A stretch of 32,000 nt of DNA from Rhodospirillaceae bacterium (GTDB lineage: Bacteria > Pseudomonadota > Alphaproteobacteria > Rhodospirillales > Rhodospirillaceae), in assembly GCA_963668495.1 (NCBI GenBank), contig OY764545.1:1188219-1220218 (forward strand), read 5' to 3'. Both the position numbers and the translations under genes were made by a program. Each line of letters opens with the position of its first letter. Position 1 is the stretch's first letter. Shown piece after piece: positions 1 to 11,644 of the stretch. The notes beneath the pieces are model-generated. The model was given only the letters and a program-made list of their open reading frames with translations. It did not search any database and was not told where the DNA came from.

Positions 1-457
1 AATTCTCAAGTGCGACCTTGCGATCTGCTTCTTGAGTTTCAATGTCGTGCAGCCGTTGATAAAGCGGCTCTATGACTTCAAGAGTTTTATCTGAGACATT
101 TCGACGACTGGAATGGAAGCCCAGAACGGTTCCGTGTGCATCGAAATTGGGTGTGACATACGCCAGAACCCAATAATGGTCGCCGTTCTTGCAGCGATTG
201 CAGACGAAGGCAAATATTTCTTCATTGGCCTTCAGGCGATCCCACAGCAGTTTAAATACCGCCCTTGGCATCTTTGGATGCCGGATCATATTGTGTGGCT
301 TACCAAGCAGTTCTCCTTCCGTATATCCACTGATATCGACGAAGGTCCGGTTAGCGTAGGTGATGATACCTTTGGGGTCGGTTTTGGTGACGATTAACTG
401 GTCGTCCTGAAATGTACGCGCGATACCGGTCAGGGGTGACTTTGTTTTTATACTCAT
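1..457 (-). CDS. PAS-domain sensor protein, N-terminal part (probably a PAS-containing chemoreceptor/aerotaxis-type transducer); 3' end runs off the window
   Basis: Absent from the ORF track because it is open to the window edge. My minus-strand translation starts at ATG (complement of 455-457), with AGGAG 7 nt upstream: MSIKTKSPLTGIARTFQDDQLIVTKTDPKGIITYANRTFVDISGYTEGELLGKPHNMIRHPKMPRAVFKLLWDRLKANEEIFAFVCNRCKNGDHYWVLAYVTPNFDAHG... The pattern ITYAN..F..ISGY..EL.GKPHN..RHP.MP..F..LW...NR.KNGD.YWV.A.V.P is the classic Aer/MCP-type PAS signature. Confidence 0.75.
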   Translation of the reverse strand, partial: MSIKTKSPLTGIARTFQDDQLIVTKTDPKGIITYANRTFVDISGYTEGELLGKPHNMIRHPKMPRAVFKLLWDRLKANEEIFAFVCNRCKNGDHYWVLAYVTPNFDAHGTVLGFHSSRRNVSDKTLEVIEPLYQRLHDIETQEADRKVALEN

Positions 458-636
458 ATTGCGTCTCCTGAAGAGCACATGAATGAGAGAGCTTCTTTTT
501 GGCTCTATGGTTACATCATTAAATGGTGACTTTGTTTAACAATGAAAGTCATTCGCAAGAATGTTTACATAAAAAAAGCGACGCTGGAGTAATTTCCAAC
601 GTCGCATCGGTGTGGTTCTGTCGTTCTTCTAACGCG

Positions 637-1110
637 TTAGACGAACTTCACAGAAATGATTTCATAGGACTTGCGGCCTCCGGGGGCGGCAACATCAACG
701 GAATCACCTTCGGTTTTGCCGATCAGGGCTTTTGCCAGCGGTGATTCAATGGAAATCCGACCAGCTTTAATGTCGGCTTCATGTGCGCCGACAATTTGGT
801 ATTGCTTTTCTTCATCCGTATCTTCGTCTGCCACCAAAACGGTCGCACCAAAGCGGACTTCATCCCCAGTCATCTTCGAAATATCGATGATCTGTGCACG
901 GCTGGTCAGGTCTTCCAATTCCTTGATTCGACCTTCAATGAAGCTCTGGCGTTCGCGCGCAGCGTGATATTCGGCGTTTTCCGACAGATCACCGTGCTCG
1001 CGAGCTTCGGCAATTGCGGAGATTACCTCCGGGCGCGCTGTACCTTTCAGATACTTCAACTCTTCTTCCAGACGGATAAAACCGTCTGGAGTCATGGGGA
1101 ACTTCTCCAT
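637..1110 (-). CDS. greA: transcription elongation factor GreA
   Basis: ORF track 637..1125 (-). [60 protein letters not shown] is textbook GreA. The track start at 1125 is a TTG. I prefer ATG at 1110, which has GAGGG about 8 nt upstream and gives the canonical MEKFPMT N-terminus. Confidence 0.93.
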   Translation of the reverse strand: MEKFPMTPDGFIRLEEELKYLKGTARPEVISAIAEAREHGDLSENAEYHAARERQSFIEGRIKELEDLTSRAQIIDISKMTGDEVRFGATVLVADEDTDEEKQYQIVGAHEADIKAGRISIESPLAKALIGKTEGDSVDVAAPGGRKSYEIISVKFV

Positions 1111-1184
1111 GCTGGGAACCCTCAAACGTGTCAGGAGGAGTATATGCCTTCATTAATCGATCATGCGACGCTGTACGCCGCGCA

Positions 1185-4100
1185 TTAGATCGTCGGCAAC
1201 GAAGGATCAAAATACTCCTGCAGCGATTGAACTTCAAGACCTTCTGTCTTTAGGGCGCGGATACTGGCAATAACAGCCTGTGCCCCGGTGATGGTCGTGG
1301 TGTAGGCAATGCCCTGTGTCAGGGCCGTGCGGCGGATTGAGAAGCTATCCGCAACTGAAATTGCGCTGTCTGTCGTGTTGATGATCAGCTGCACTTCGTC
1401 AGACAGGATTTGGTCGACAATGTTGGGTCGACCTTCCATCACTTTGTTGACGACGGCAATCTCAAGTCCGGCATCCTGCATGGCTTTGGCGGTGCCACGG
1501 GTTGCGCAAACCTTAAAGCCAAGGGCAATAAGGTCTTGTGCAAGTTCAATGGCACGCGGTTTGTCGTGATCCTTGACCGAGATGAAGACCTGACCCTGCA
1601 ACGGCAATTTGGACCCAGCACCCAATTGTGCCTTGGCATAGGCGCGACCAAAGTCACGGTCAATGCCCATGACCTCGCCAGTGGATTTCATTTCCGGGCC
1701 AAGCAGAATGTCAACGCCGGGGAAGCGGTTGAACGGGAAGACAGCTTCCTTAACCGCCACATAGTTCGGCATGCCTTCGGTCAGGTTAAAGTCTGCCAGT
1801 TTTTCACCAGCCATAACGCGGGATGCGATTTTGGCAACAGGCAGGCCGGTGGCTTTGGCAACAAACGGCACCGTCCGGGAAGCCCGCGGATTGACTTCCA
1901 GCAGGTATACGTCTTCATCCTTGATGGCGAACTGGATATTCATCAGGCCGATGACTTGCAGTTCCCTTGCCAGCAGGCGGGTTTGACGTTTCATTTCTTC
2001 GATCAATGTCGGGGACAGGGAGTACGGCGGCAAAGAACAGGCCGAGTCACCGGAGTGAATGCCGGCTTCCTCAATGTGTTGCATGATCCCGGCGACAAAC
2101 ACATCGGTACCGTCAGAGATCGCATCCACATCGACTTCAATGGCGTCTTGCAGGTAGCTGTCGATCAGAACCGGGTTGTCCCCAGTCACGTGGACGGCGG
2201 TGGCAATGTATTCGTTCAGGCCGTTTTCATCGTGAACAATCCGCATGGCGCGTCCACCAAGCACATAGGACGGGCGGATCACGACCGGATAGCCGATTTC
2301 CGTCGCCACTTTACGGGCTTCTTCTGCCGTGCGAGCGGTGCCGTTGCGCGGCTGCCTCAGGTTCGTGCGTTGCAACAATTCTTGGAACCGTTCGCGGTCT
2401 TCAGCCACATCAATCGCGTCCGGGGACGTGCCGAGGATCGGGATGTTGGCGGCTTCCAATGCTTTGGACAATTTCAAGGGAGTTTGACCGCCCAGCTGAA
2501 CGATCACCCCTTTCAGGTAGCCCTTGCTTTGCTCTTTCTTTGCGATGCTGATGACATCTTCTTCGGTCAGCGGTTCGAAATACAAACGATCAGATGTATC
2601 GAAGTCCGTGGAAACGGTTTCCGGGTTACAGTTGACCATAATGGTTTCATAGCCGACAGCGGACAGGGCAAATGCAGCATGGACACAGCAATAGTCGAAC
2701 TCAATGCCTTGACCGATACGGTTCGGGCCGCCACCCAAAATCATGATTTTGGATTTTTCCGAAACCTCGGCTTCACATTCTGCAGGCATCAGGCCATTGC
2801 CCTCGTAACAGGAATACATGTACGGGGTTTTTGACGGGAATTCTGCGGCACAGGTATCAATGCGTTTGAATACCGGCGATACGTTCAGCACATCCCGACG
2901 GAAACGGGTGTCCTTCATGGTGCGTTTGGTCAATTGGGCAATGCGGGTGTCCGAGAAGCCCATGGCTTTGACCTGTTGCATTTTTTGCGCATTTTGCGGC
3001 AGGCCGTTGGCAATCAGGTCCGCTTCCATGTCGACGATGGCCTTGATTTGTTCAAGGAACCATGGGTCATAGGCGCAGGCCATCTGAATTTCTTCCAATG
3101 ACAGGCCATGGCGGAAGGCTTGGGCAATGGTCAGAATGCGGTTCGGGCGCGGTTCGGTCAGGACCTTACGCACAGCATCGCGAACAGCGGCAGGGTTGTC
3201 GCTGTTTGTGCCCGGAATTTCCACCTCGTTCAGGCCGTCCAGCCCGGTTTCCATGGACCGCAAACCTTTTTGCAGGCTTTCGGCAAAGGTCCGACCGATG
3301 GACATGGCTTCACCGACGGATTTCATCGATGTGGTTAACAGCGGGTCGGTATCCGGGAACTTTTCAAAGGTAAAGCGCGGGATCTTGGTGACCACATAGT
3401 CGATGGTCGGTTCGAACGATGCCGGGGTCACCCCGGTGATGTCGTTCATCAGTTCATCAAGGGTGTAACCAACGGCAAGTTTCGCCGCGACCTTGGCAAT
3501 CGGGAAGCCTGTGGCCTTGGATGCCAATGCCGATGACCGGGACACACGCGGGTTCATTTCAATAACAACGAGGCGACCGTCCTGCGGATTGACGGCAAAT
3601 TGCACGTTGGAACCACCGGTTTCGACGCCGATTTCACGCAGGCATGCAATAGAGGCATTCCGCATGATTTGATATTCTTTGTCGGTCAGGGTCAGTGCCG
3701 GGGCAACGGTAATCGAGTCACCTGTGTGGATACCCATGGGGTCGATATTTTCGATGGAGCAAACGATAATACAGTTGTCGTTTTTGTCGCGGACGACTTC
3801 CATCTCATATTCTTTCCAGCCCAGAACTGATTCTTCGACCAGAACTTCATGGACCGGGGACGCCGCCAAGCCAGAGCGAATGATGTCTTCGAATTCGGTC
3901 AGGTTGTAGGCAATACCGCCACCTTGTCCGCCAAGGGTAAAGGACGGACGGATAATCAACGGCAGGCCGATTTCTGCTTGGGCTGCTTTGGCATCGTCCA
4001 TGCTGCGGCAGATACGGCTTTTCGGGGATTCCAGACCGATTTTGTCCATGGCTTCGCGGAACAGCAGACGGTCTTCGGCTTTGGCGATGACTTCGCTTTT

Positions 4101-4454
4101 CGCTGCGATCATTTCAATGCCAAGGCGATCCAGCGTACCGTTGTCTGCCAGTGTCAGTGCCGTGTTCAGTGCGGTTTGACCGCCCATGGTAGGCAGCAAG
4201 GCGTCCGGGCGTTCCCGTTCCAGAATTTTTGTAACGATTTCAGGCGTGATCGGTTCCACATAGGTGACGTCGGCAGTTTCCGGGTCGGTCATGATCGTCG
4301 CCGGATTGGAGTTGACCAAAATCACGCGGTAGCCTTCGTCGCGGAGGGCTTTACAGGCTTGTGCCCCGGAGTAGTCGAATTCGCAGGCTTGTCCGATGAC
4401 AATCGGGCCGGCGCCGATGACGAGAATGCTTTTGATGTCCGTACGTTTTGGCAT
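1185..4454 (-). CDS. carB: carbamoyl-phosphate synthase large subunit
   Basis: 1089-aa ORF starting [58 protein letters not shown]. It has duplicated ATP-grasp halves (second half [25 protein letters not shown]) and a C-terminal MGS-like domain. It sits immediately downstream of carA. Confidence 0.97.
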   Translation of the reverse strand: MPKRTDIKSILVIGAGPIVIGQACEFDYSGAQACKALRDEGYRVILVNSNPATIMTDPETADVTYVEPITPEIVTKILERERPDALLPTMGGQTALNTALTLADNGTLDRLGIEMIAAKSEVIAKAEDRLLFREAMDKIGLESPKSRICRSMDDAKAAQAEIGLPLIIRPSFTLGGQGGGIAYNLTEFEDIIRSGLAASPVHEVLVEESVLGWKEYEMEVVRDKNDNCIIVCSIENIDPMGIHTGDSITVAPALTLTDKEYQIMRNASIACLREIGVETGGSNVQFAVNPQDGRLVVIEMNPRVSRSSALASKATGFPIAKVAAKLAVGYTLDELMNDITGVTPASFEPTIDYVVTKIPRFTFEKFPDTDPLLTTSMKSVGEAMSIGRTFAESLQKGLRSMETGLDGLNEVEIPGTNSDNPAAVRDAVRKVLTEPRPNRILTIAQAFRHGLSLEEIQMACAYDPWFLEQIKAIVDMEADLIANGLPQNAQKMQQVKAMGFSDTRIAQLTKRTMKDTRFRRDVLNVSPVFKRIDTCAAEFPSKTPYMYSCYEGNGLMPAECEAEVSEKSKIMILGGGPNRIGQGIEFDYCCVHAAFALSAVGYETIMVNCNPETVSTDFDTSDRLYFEPLTEEDVISIAKKEQSKGYLKGVIVQLGGQTPLKLSKALEAANIPILGTSPDAIDVAEDRERFQELLQRTNLRQPRNGTARTAEEARKVATEIGYPVVIRPSYVLGGRAMRIVHDENGLNEYIATAVHVTGDNPVLIDSYLQDAIEVDVDAISDGTDVFVAGIMQHIEEAGIHSGDSACSLPPYSLSPTLIEEMKRQTRLLARELQVIGLMNIQFAIKDEDVYLLEVNPRASRTVPFVAKATGLPVAKIASRVMAGEKLADFNLTEGMPNYVAVKEAVFPFNRFPGVDILLGPEMKSTGEVMGIDRDFGRAYAKAQLGAGSKLPLQGQVFISVKDHDKPRAIELAQDLIALGFKVCATRGTAKAMQDAGLEIAVVNKVMEGRPNIVDQILSDEVQLIINTTDSAISVADSFSIRRTALTQGIAYTTTITGAQAVIASIRALKTEGLEVQSLQEYFDPSLPTI

Positions 4455-4544
4455 GGTATGTGTGTCTCTTCGTGTCGGGCTTACCCGGCCTTAGCCGGGT
4501 TTGTATCTTAACGGGAACGAATGGAAGAAGGCGGCAGGCCGGGC

Positions 4545-5756
4545 TTATGCCTCGGCCTTGCTGTCCGCGATCAGGTCCATGAAACGTTCGAACAAATAAT
4601 GGCTATCGTTCGGGCCGGGGGATGCTTCCGGGTGGTATTGCACGGTAAATACCGGTTTGTCGGTAGCACGTACCCCTTCCACCGAACCGTCAAACAGGGA
4701 TCGGTGAGTGATTTCCACATTGACCGGGGCCGAGTCTTCATCGACCACAAACCCATGGTTCTGGCTGGTGATTTCCACTTTCCCGGTTTGCAGGTCTTTA
4801 ACCGGATGGTTGGCACCACGATGCCCGGTGTCCATTTTATATGTGGTCATGCCAAGGGCGCGTGCGGTGAGCTGGTGACCAAGGCAAATCCCGAACAGGG
4901 GCAAGCCCGCATCAATGATTTTACGAATGGTCGGTACGGCATATTCCGCCGTTGCAGCCGGGTCACCCGGTCCGTTGGACAAGAAAACACCGTCGGGTTT
5001 GTGGGCCAGAATGTCTTCTGCTGTGGCGGTTGCCGGAACCACCGTGACTTTACAGCCCACATTGGCAAGACAGCGCAGGATGTTGCGCTTTGCACCGTAA
5101 TCGACAGCAACCACATGGAATTTCGGTTGGGTCTGTTTGCCAAAACCTTCACCCAGTTGCCACTGGGTTTCGTTCCAGCGGTAGGTTTGGGTGCAGGAAA
5201 CCTCTTTCGCCAAATCCATGCCAGCAAGGCCGGGCCATGCGCGGGCTTGTTCCAGCAGGGCAGGCAGGTCGAAATTCCCATCCTTGGCGTGGGCGACGAC
5301 ACCGACCGGCGCGCCGCTTTCACGAATGCGGCGGGTGAGTTGCCGGGTGTCGATGCCGGTAACACCAACCAGATTATGGGACACCAGCCAGTCATTCAGC
5401 GGCTTGGTATTGCGCCAGTTGGATGGCGTGGTGATGTCGGTACGCAGGATCAGGCCACGGGCCGCAGGCGTAATGGACTCGATGTCTTCCGGGTTGGTGC
5501 CGACATTGCCGATGTGTGGGAAGGTGAAGGTGATGATTTGTCCGGCATAGGACAGATCGGTCAGGACTTCCTGATATCCGGTCATGCCAGTATTGAACAC
5601 GACCTCGCCAACGGCAGAGGTTTCGGCTCCGAGTCCTCGCCCCCAGATCAAGGTTCCATCACAGAGGACAACAACGCCGGTCGCGCCTTCCGGGCGCGGA
5701 AACGCGTTGAAATCCGGGTCGTACGAAACCGCTTCGGTGGGCTCTGTCGTGCTCAT
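4545..5756 (-). CDS. carA: carbamoyl-phosphate synthase small (glutamine amidotransferase) subunit
   Basis: ORF track 4545..5765 (-). The class-I GATase catalytic motif is present (PLFGICLGHQL), with the HPE triad region (QYHPEASPGP). The track start at 5765 is GTG. ATG at 5756 (MSTTEP...) has a better-spaced GGAAGGAAAG upstream. Either start is possible. Confidence 0.94.
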   Translation of the reverse strand: MSTTEPTEAVSYDPDFNAFPRPEGATGVVVLCDGTLIWGRGLGAETSAVGEVVFNTGMTGYQEVLTDLSYAGQIITFTFPHIGNVGTNPEDIESITPAARGLILRTDITTPSNWRNTKPLNDWLVSHNLVGVTGIDTRQLTRRIRESGAPVGVVAHAKDGNFDLPALLEQARAWPGLAGMDLAKEVSCTQTYRWNETQWQLGEGFGKQTQPKFHVVAVDYGAKRNILRCLANVGCKVTVVPATATAEDILAHKPDGVFLSNGPGDPAATAEYAVPTIRKIIDAGLPLFGICLGHQLTARALGMTTYKMDTGHRGANHPVKDLQTGKVEITSQNHGFVVDEDSAPVNVEITHRSLFDGSVEGVRATDKPVFTVQYHPEASPGPNDSHYLFERFMDLIADSKAEA

Positions 5757-5859
5757 CGAGTTCACTTTCCTTCCGTCTATGGTTGGTGTTTTGTCAAACT
5801 GGCGTTAACTAAGCCAACATGGCCGCCGCGTCAAGTTAATCGTTCAAAATATAAAAGTT

Positions 5860-5884
5860 GTTTTGTAACAATGGGTTACAAAAC
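5860..5884. promoter_or_regulatory. perfect 10-bp-arm palindrome (GTTTTGTAAC-aatgg-GTTACAAAAC) in the divergent carA / yqeY-like intergenic region; candidate operator
   Basis: Read directly from the sequence at 5860-5884. It lies about 95 nt upstream of the carA start and about 90 nt upstream of the yqeY-like start. There is no T-run on either side, so it is not a terminator. Confidence 0.3.
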
Positions 5885-5973
5885 GTGAAACAAATTGAAC
5901 GGATCGACGTAATGGGGTAGGGTTCGTTCTTTCCTTTTTTGTATTTAGTTCCAATTAACGGCGAGGCAAGATC

Positions 5974-6438
5974 GTGTCCTTACGAACTGCATTGAATGAT
6001 TCCCTGAAAGCATCCATGCGTGAACGCGACGAATTGAAAACGTCGGTTTTGCGTTTGATTCTGGCGGCCCTGAAAGATCGGGATATTGCAGAGCGCGGCA
6101 AAGGCAACGAAGACGGCTTGGGCGAGGAAGAGGTAATTGGCCTGCTGAAATCCATGGTCAAGCAACGTAAAGAAAGCATCAAGATGTACGAACAAGGTGG
6201 CCGTGATGAACTGGCCGCCCGCGAAGCCGGAGAAGTGGAAGTCATCGAAAGCTTTCTGCCGCGTCAAATGGATGATGATGAGACTCGTGACGCTGTGACT
6301 GCCGCCATTGCAGAAGTCGAAGCTTCCGCGCTGAAGGATATTGGTAAAGTGATGACCGCGCTGCGGGAAAAATATCCGGGGGAAATGGACTTTGCCAAGG
6401 CTTCGGCTATGACCAAGGCAATTTTGTCCGCCCAATGA
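5974..6438 (+). CDS. GatB/YqeY domain-containing protein
   Basis: 154-aa ORF (GTG start). MSLRTALNDSLKASMRERDELKTSVLRLILAALKDRDI...EEEVIGLLKSMVKQRKESIKMYEQGGR.ELAAREAGEVEVIESFLP matches the YqeY family pattern. It occupies the usual position upstream of dnaG. Confidence 0.8.
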   Translation: MSLRTALNDSLKASMRERDELKTSVLRLILAALKDRDIAERGKGNEDGLGEEEVIGLLKSMVKQRKESIKMYEQGGRDELAAREAGEVEVIESFLPRQMDDDETRDAVTAAIAEVEASALKDIGKVMTALREKYPGEMDFAKASAMTKAILSAQ

Positions 6439-6478
6439 GTGAACCCCGGTTCCGCCCGCGTCATGGAGCATAAGTCCC

Positions 6479-8344
6479 ATGTCGTTGCCTCATGGCTTTT
6501 TGGATGAGTTGCGTGCCCGCATCAATATTGTTGATGTGGTCGGACGCAAGGTCAGATTGACCCGTAAAGGGCACGAGCACACGGGCTTGTGTCCTTTTCA
6601 CAATGAAAAGACTCCGTCCTTTACTGTCAGTGCCGAAAAAGGCTTTTACCACTGCTTTGGGTGCGGTGCCCATGGTGATGCCATTTCATTCGAAATGAAT
6701 GCCAACGGTTTGCCGTTCATGGAAGCGGTGGAGCGACTCGCAACTGAAGCCGGTCTAGAGGTGCCTCAGGCCACGCCTGAGGAGGCAGCGCGGTCACGAC
6801 GGGCAAACTCTTTGCACGAAGTCATCGAAGCCGCCTGCCAGTTCTATGAGCAAAAACTGCACATGCCGGAAGGCCGTGCGGCCCTTGAGTATGCCAGAGG
6901 TCGAGGCCTGACAGCGGAAACCATGCGGCGGTTTCGTTTGGGCTATGCCCCATCCGGCAATGCCTTGCGTGCCGCGTTGACGCGGGACGGTTGGGAAGAA
7001 AGTACGCTGGTCGAGGCCGGTTTGATTGGCCGCCCGGATGATGGGCGTGCGCCGTACGATATTTTGCGCAATCGCTTGACGTTCCCGATTACGGATCGGC
7101 GCGGGCGGGTCATCGCGTTTGGTGGTCGCATTCTTGGGGATGGTCAGCCCAAGTATCTGAACTCTCCGGAAACTCCGGTATTTCATAAGGGGCGAGTCCT
7201 GTATGGATTGGCACAAGCACGGGCCGCAGCCTTTGAAAAGGGGCGTGTGCTGGTGGCTGAGGGCTACATGGATGTGATCGGCCTCAGTCAGGCCGGAATT
7301 GCAGAGGCCGTTGCCCCACTGGGGACCGCACTGACCGAAGGACACATGCACGAGCTGTGGAAGTTATCCAATGAGCCGTATCTGTGTTTTGACGGCGATG
7401 CCGCCGGACAAAGGGCGGCTCGTCGTGCTGCGGATCGGGCGTTGCCGGAGCTAAAGCCGGGGTATTCCCTGCAATTCTGTGTATTGCCCGGTGGTCAGGA
7501 CCCAGACGATTTGGTCAAATCCGGTGGCGTTGCGGCTATGGAAGCGTTGCTGTCCGCGGCCCGTCCGCTATCGAATGTCCTGTGGGACATGGTGCTGGAG
7601 GGGAGAGATGTCTCCACCCCTGAACGGCGGGCGGCACTGGAAAAGGATATATATGCGACCTGTGCCCGCATCGCGGACGAAACGGTAAAGGGGTATTACC
7701 AGCGTGATCTGCGTGACCGGATGTTTGCCTTGTTTCGGCAGGCGCGGGGCAGTGGGGCTGGCCCGGAGAGCGGCGCGCGCGGTGGGCCTGAAAACGGTTT
7801 CTCTCGCCCGCGTTTTCGTCGGGGCAAAGGCAATTGGCAGGGAAAATGGCAACCGCCTGAACCGTCAACGCCACCTCCGGCAAGTCCTATCGACTCGAAC
7901 CCGAATGCGCGGGAACTGGTTGCCGGATTGTCCTTGTGCCCCGGTTATGCCATCAAGCATTTGGACGGGTTAAGCCGTATGGATTTGCGCGATTCGCAAG
8001 CGCAGGCGTATTTGAGTGCATTGCTGGGTGCTGTCGCGGATTTGGATCCGGTGGAACAAGATGACGCTGCCATGTGTGTTGCGCTTCGGGAGCGCATTCC
8101 TGCCGGGGTACGTGCCCCGGTGGAGGCGTGGGCAGACCGAACCCGGTGGACCCAAATGGACCCATATGAACGGGAATGTCGGGTCGGGCAGTTGGCTTTA
8201 ACCATGCGAGATCAAGCCCTCGCAGAAGAAATTCAAGTTATTCAGTCTCTAATGGCGCAGGATTTTTCAGAAAATCTTTGGCAAAGATTGCGGGCGCTGC
8301 GACACGAACGGGAGAAGTTGCGCCAACTGGATGGGGAAGCTTAA
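6479..8344 (+). CDS. dnaG: DNA primase
   Basis: 621 aa. CHC2 zinc finger (CPFHNEKTPSFTVSAEKGFYHCFGCGAHGD). RNA-polymerase core and TOPRIM (VLVAEGYMDVI...CFDGDAAGQRAARRA). Classic dnaG-rpoD synteny. Confidence 0.96.
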   Translation: MSLPHGFLDELRARINIVDVVGRKVRLTRKGHEHTGLCPFHNEKTPSFTVSAEKGFYHCFGCGAHGDAISFEMNANGLPFMEAVERLATEAGLEVPQATPEEAARSRRANSLHEVIEAACQFYEQKLHMPEGRAALEYARGRGLTAETMRRFRLGYAPSGNALRAALTRDGWEESTLVEAGLIGRPDDGRAPYDILRNRLTFPITDRRGRVIAFGGRILGDGQPKYLNSPETPVFHKGRVLYGLAQARAAAFEKGRVLVAEGYMDVIGLSQAGIAEAVAPLGTALTEGHMHELWKLSNEPYLCFDGDAAGQRAARRAADRALPELKPGYSLQFCVLPGGQDPDDLVKSGGVAAMEALLSAARPLSNVLWDMVLEGRDVSTPERRAALEKDIYATCARIADETVKGYYQRDLRDRMFALFRQARGSGAGPESGARGGPENGFSRPRFRRGKGNWQGKWQPPEPSTPPPASPIDSNPNARELVAGLSLCPGYAIKHLDGLSRMDLRDSQAQAYLSALLGAVADLDPVEQDDAAMCVALRERIPAGVRAPVEAWADRTRWTQMDPYERECRVGQLALTMRDQALAEEIQVIQSLMAQDFSENLWQRLRALRHEREKLRQLDGEA

Positions 8345-8643
8345 ATCACGGGAAAAACGGTGAAAGCAGTTGACATTTCTTGATTGTCTCCGTAAATCCA
8401 CCGTTTCATCACTACGAGTCCCGTGAACACGCAAAGGCAACGCGCGTTGGCGTGGCTTGACTTTTGGTTTTGTCAGGACCAAGTCAAAGCCGTGATTTTA
8501 AGTCTTGGTCGTATGCGCGGCTCGTATACGGGGACATGAACGTCTGACACACAGTGGCAGCTCCGGGGCAGGGGCAATAGTCGAGGTCAGTGGCAGTGTA
8601 TTCCGGCGGTGGTAAACCGCAGGGTTGAGGGAGCGAAATTTTC

Positions 8644-10707
<2,064 letters not shown>

Positions 10708-10712
10708 TCTGT

Positions 10713-10746
10713 ACGGGGATAGTTCCTGTCCCCGTCTCCCACTTTT
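10713..10746 (+). terminator. weak stem-loop after rpoD (ACGGGGA-9 nt-TCCCCGT) followed at a distance by TTTT
   Basis: 7-bp stem at 10713-10719 / 10729-10735. The T-run is only 4 nt (10743-10746) and separated from the stem, so this is marginal. Confidence 0.3.
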
Positions 10747-10748
10747 GT

Positions 10749-10825
10749 GGGCCTGTAGCTCAATTGGTTAGAGCCGGCCGCTCATAACGGTCTGGTTGCA
10801 GGTTCGAGTCCTGCCGGGCCCACCA
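10749..10825 (+). tRNA. tRNA with CAT anticodon (elongator tRNA-Met, or tRNA-Ile2 read after lysidine modification), CCA encoded
   Basis: I folded it by hand. Acceptor GGGCCTG/CGGGCCC. D-arm GCTC-AATTGGTTA-GAGC. Anticodon stem GGCCG/CGGTC with loop CTCATAA. Variable loop TGGTT. T-arm GCAGG-TTCGAGT-CCTGC. Then A-CCA. The C4-G69 and C5-G68 pairs resemble E. coli tRNA-Ile2 (ileX) more than elongator Met, but I cannot decide between them. Confidence 0.9.
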
Positions 10826-10847
10826 TTCTTTTTAGAAGCAATGTGTT

Positions 10848-10857
10848 CCCCCCCCCC
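10848..10857. repeat. C10 homopolymer 23 nt downstream of the tRNA
   Basis: Read directly: gtgttCCCCCCCCCCttg. Confidence 0.9.
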
Positions 10858-10893
10858 TTGAATTCTCCCAGTGAGACATCCAAGGGGGACATT

Positions 10894-10989
10894 TTGTTTG
10901 TGCCATCATATCTAGAGCTATCTCGGCACAACGTGTATTATCTGCGTTGGCCTCTTCCAAAGGCTCTACACTCTCTACCCGGACGTTAG
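10894..10989 (+). pseudogene. relic of a tyrosine-integrase N-terminus (about 30 codons, then TAG)
   Basis: My translation of the frame containing 10900: (L)FVPSYLELSRHNVYYLRWPLPKALHSLPGR*. The R-H/G-x-V-Y-Y-x-R-x-x-x-P-K-x-L motif is the N-terminal arm-type motif of a subset of proteobacterial tyrosine recombinases. The same motif type occurs upstream of the 13008-14657 integrase (LYRRGARYYHRAAIP). The position and orientation (just 3' of the tRNA, same strand) are where an island integrase is expected. Confidence 0.4.
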
Positions 10990-11054
10990 CTATGAACGAC
11001 CACCTGAAAAGAAAAAAAGCATCAAATTACTATGGCTAAATAAACATATTACAT

Positions 11055-11094
11055 AACAGCAAAACAAAGGAGGGAGTTCAACAGCCCCCCTCCT
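11055..11094 (-). terminator. putative Rho-independent terminator for the small minus-strand ORF
   Basis: On the minus strand: AGGAGGG-13 nt-CCCTCCT (plus coordinates 11068-11094), followed by TTGTTTTGCTGTT. It lies 10 nt downstream of the stop at 11105. Confidence 0.4.
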
Positions 11095-11104
11095 AAGCAC
11101 CAGT

Positions 11105-11377
11105 CTAATCTTGTGAAGCGGGCTCTAAGCCGACACAAATATTTCGCTTATTGCTCCACGCACCTCCGGCATCAAGACAGGAATCTTGATATAGATAACC
11201 AGCCAACCAGAAACCAAAAGCAAAAGCTGCACCACCAGCCTTATCAATAAAGCCTTCCTTGCCTGCACCATTTACTTTACCGTCCTGAGAACTTTGATCC
11301 TTAGCGGCAAGCTGTTTAGACATCTCCATCAGCTCAGGGCCATCTTTTCGCAGCACCCCTGTAGGATCAAAACCCAT
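11105..11377 (-). CDS. hypothetical small protein (Gly/Ala-rich hydrophobic segment AGGAAFAFGFWLAGYLY)
   Basis: Track ORF 11105..11503, trimmed to Met43 (ATG at 11377) because the upstream part overlaps noncoding repeat copy A. No convincing RBS. A terminator-like hairpin follows. Alternative starts are at 11329 and 11323. Confidence 0.3.
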   Translation of the reverse strand: MGFDPTGVLRKDGPELMEMSKQLAAKDQSSQDGKVNGAGKEGFIDKAGGAAFAFGFWLAGYLYQDSCLDAGGAWSNKRNICVGLEPASQD

Positions 11378-11432
11378 TGGTTTTTGAACACGCAAAACCA
11401 CGCACCAAAGACCGCAGAAATCGTTGTGTTTT

Positions 11433-11555
11433 GATGGCCAATTTCGATGAGGTTTTATGAACGCTGTTTTCTGCAGCAGGCAGGCACAAAAAAAGACGAC
11501 CATCCCACACGGGGGAGATCGCCCGACCGTCTATAACGATAAGCTGCTCAGATTT
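11433..11555. repeat. copy A of a ~125-bp imperfect direct repeat (partner at 22201-22325)
   Basis: Hand alignment shows about 14 differences (12 substitutions, 2 single-base indels) over about 125 positions. Shared core: GATGGC..ATTTCGATG.GGTTTT.TGAAC.CT.TTTTCTGC.GCAGGCAGGC.CAAAAAAA(A)GACGACC..CCCACACGGGGGAGATCGCCCG(A)ACCGTCTATAAC.ATAAGC.GCTCAGATTT. Confidence 0.85.
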
Positions 11556-11644
11556 ATTCAGCTTAAAAAATTTAGCGCTGGTGTTGCTCAAGAGAGCACA
11601 TGAAGTGGGTTGCTCTGATTCAGTTACACAAAGCCAATCGGTTA

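Noticed and set aside
113-397. 94-aa plus-strand ORF at the window start
   Set aside because: It is antisense to the much better supported PAS-domain gene (minus strand, 1-457, with RBS and a classic PAS motif). It is a shadow ORF.
4477-4500. Overlapping hairpins (CGGG-ctta-CCCG / ACCCGGC-ctta-GCCGGGT) in the carA-carB spacer, considered as a terminator or attenuator
   Set aside because: There is no U-run on the coding (minus) strand, and carA-carB are normally co-transcribed. It may be a small REP-like element, but I cannot support a function.
1410-5888. Long plus-strand ORFs (1410-2834, 474 aa; 3849-4511, 220 aa; 4521-5888, 455 aa) opposite carB/carA
   Set aside because: They lie antisense to unmistakable carB/carA coding sequence. 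Their Gly/Arg/Val-rich low-complexity translations are typical of shadow frames in GC-rich genes, and they show no motifs.
6794-8205. Several 60-185-aa ORFs on both strands inside dnaG
   Set aside because: They overlap a complete, motif-bearing primase ORF and have no independent support.
11367-11591. 74-aa minus ORF, and the N-terminal 42 codons of the 11105-11503 ORF, crossing repeat copy A
   Set aside because: Copy B of the same repeat has indels that destroy these frames, so the repeat is noncoding. The ORFs are fortuitous.
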